Below, in pieces: positions 62,883-64,000 of a DNA stretch of 64,000 nucleotides. Position 1 is the stretch's first letter, and each line of letters opens with the position of its first letter. Source of the DNA: Poseidonia sp. GTDB taxonomy: Archaea > Thermoplasmatota > Poseidoniia > Poseidoniales > Poseidoniaceae. A program made the position numbers and the translations under genes. Location of the stretch: NCBI GenBank assembly GCA_965661285.1, contig CBFIDD010000003.1:8215-72214 (forward strand), given 5' to 3'. Under the pieces are notes generated by a model that was not told where the DNA came from, made no database searches, and saw only the letters and a list, made by a program, of their open reading frames with translations.

Positions 62883-64000
62883 ATGGAAGCCCACAAAACC
62901 GAAGATCGTCCAGAGTGGGACCGCGTCTCTCATTGGGGCGACATCCGCTTTAATCGGAAACGGATCAAACCCGGCACCCTACGAACCGTTCACCTCCCGC
63001 TCTTGAACGTCAGTCTCGGGGACGAGTGGCCGATTCCGGTCACCATCATCCACGGTGCTCGGCCAGGGCCGTGCATCACCGTCATCGGTGGCATCCACGG
63101 GGACGAGTTGACCGGACCCTCTGCCTGCACGCATTTGCTGAGCAATGCGTTTACCGACGAAGGCAAACCGCTTGACCCAACGAGCTTGGCGGGGACGTTG
63201 CGGATTGTTCCCGTCGTGAACCTCCCCGGCTATCGCATGAAATCGAGGTATTTTCCGGATGGACGGGACCTCAACCGACAATTTCCGGGGAATCCAGGCG
63301 GGTCCACCACCCGGCGTGTCGCCAATCAGGTCTGGACCCATCTGGTCGAGGGAAGTGACGCCATCATCGACTTGCACAGCGCCGCAAAAGGGCGACGAAA
63401 CATGCCCCAGGTTCGCGTCGACATGACCCATACAAGTTCGTTCTTACTTGCGAAATCCTTCGGCATCGAAATCCTCCTCGACTCCATACCGCCAAAGGGT
63501 ACATTGAGGAGAACGGCGAACAGAGCCGACATCCCTGTCATCACCTACGAAGGGGGAAGCGCCGATACACTTGGGGACCAATCGGTGAAGGTGGCCGTTC
63601 ACGGTGTGATGAACGTCCTGCGTTCCATGCGCATGGTTCCCGGCAACCCACAGCGGCCGAGATTTCGTATCATGGCCAGCGGTTCAACCTGGCTGCGTGC
63701 AGGTGAAGGCGGTCTGCTCGATATGTTTGTCCGAGCGGGGAGCATCATGCGAGAAGGCGAGGTGGTCGCGACCATCTCCGATCCGGCGACGCCGGGCATG
63801 ACCGTCGACATCGTCGCTCCGGAAGACGGGCTGATCATCGGTGCAGCCACCAATCCCTTCACCGCAGCCGGCATGCCGGTGGGTCATTTCTTACCGATCT
63901 CCAAACACTTCCGATTGCTGGAGGAGCAAATCGACGAAAAAGGCCACTTCATCGTGAACGGCAGCCTTGAGGAGCGGGTTTGGCGAGAAGAACACGAAGT
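62883..64000 (+). CDS. Succinylglutamate desuccinylase/aspartoacylase (AstE/AspA) family zinc deacylase. It is 3'-truncated by the window end and absent from the ORF track.
   Basis: Hand translation from the ATG at 62883 gives MEAHKTEDRPEWDRVSHWGDIRFNRKRIKPGTLRTVHLPLL...PVTIIHGARPGPCITVIGGIHGDELTG...RDLNRQFPGNPGG...IDLHSAAKG..., with no stop before position 64000. The HGxE zinc motif and RxxNRxFPG are typical of this family. Confidence 0.6.
   Translation, partial: MEAHKTEDRPEWDRVSHWGDIRFNRKRIKPGTLRTVHLPLLNVSLGDEWPIPVTIIHGARPGPCITVIGGIHGDELTGPSACTHLLSNAFTDEGKPLDPTSLAGTLRIVPVVNLPGYRMKSRYFPDGRDLNRQFPGNPGGSTTRRVANQVWTHLVEGSDAIIDLHSAAKGRRNMPQVRVDMTHTSSFLLAKSFGIEILLDSIPPKGTLRRTANRADIPVITYEGGSADTLGDQSVKVAVHGVMNVLRSMRMVPGNPQRPRFRIMASGSTWLRAGEGGLLDMFVRAGSIMREGEVVATISDPATPGMTVDIVAPEDGLIIGAATNPFTAAGMPVGHFLPISKHFRLLEEQIDEKGHFIVNGSLEERVWREEHE

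Noticed and set aside
62764-63006. ORF 62764-63006(+) of 80 aa
   Set aside because: It is out of frame relative to the AstE/AspA-family reading frame. That frame runs from ATG 62883 to the window end and has clear family motifs.

Overview
This window is a high-GC (~60%) archaeal chromosomal segment with about 60 genes, most of them housekeeping. The gene content points to an archaeon: RPA1/RPA2, PriS-like primase, Hel308, eIF2-alpha, Nop10, L44e/S27e/L37e/L10e, ABCE1, a type IV pilin with Tad-like ATPase, GGR and GGPP synthase. It also carries several bacterial-type modules: SucCD, MutS/MutL, Etf, GCDH and TldD/PmbA. Together with many large secreted or membrane beta-propeller/PKD proteins, this is compatible with a Marine Group II (Poseidoniales) or Thermoplasmatota-like genome, but that is an inference and not verified. 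One tRNA-Ser(CGA) is present. No CRISPR array, rRNA or obvious mobile element was found.

The candidates most worth a second look are:
- A tightly spaced tandem pair of paralogous Cas4/Dna2-like Fe-S PD-(D/E)XK nucleases (26.6–30.3 kb), each fused to a C-terminal OB-fold-like extension. They are co-oriented with ABCE1 and L10e and have no CRISPR context.
- A two-gene unit (3.8–8.3 kb): a Zn-ribbon protein with a prion-like Q/N/P-rich region and a C-terminal (GPPGPKK)n tail encoded by a ~60-nt tandem DNA repeat, followed by a 923-aa SF2 helicase. A PriS-like primase and a Zn-finger membrane protein lie next to it.
- A stand-alone MCM N-terminal-domain protein.
- Two tandem squalene/phytoene-synthase paralogs.
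- A SAMP/MoaD-like small ubiquitin-like gene beside the tRNA.
- A two-SAP-domain protein next to the pilus ATPase.
- An L44e variant lacking its zinc-binding cysteines.
- Over-representation of the palindrome TCTATAGA.

Three genes are missing from the ORF track and were recovered by hand: rpl37e, the SAMP-like ORF, and a 3'-truncated AstE/AspA-family gene at the window end. Domain calls rest on motif recognition by eye, not on database searches.
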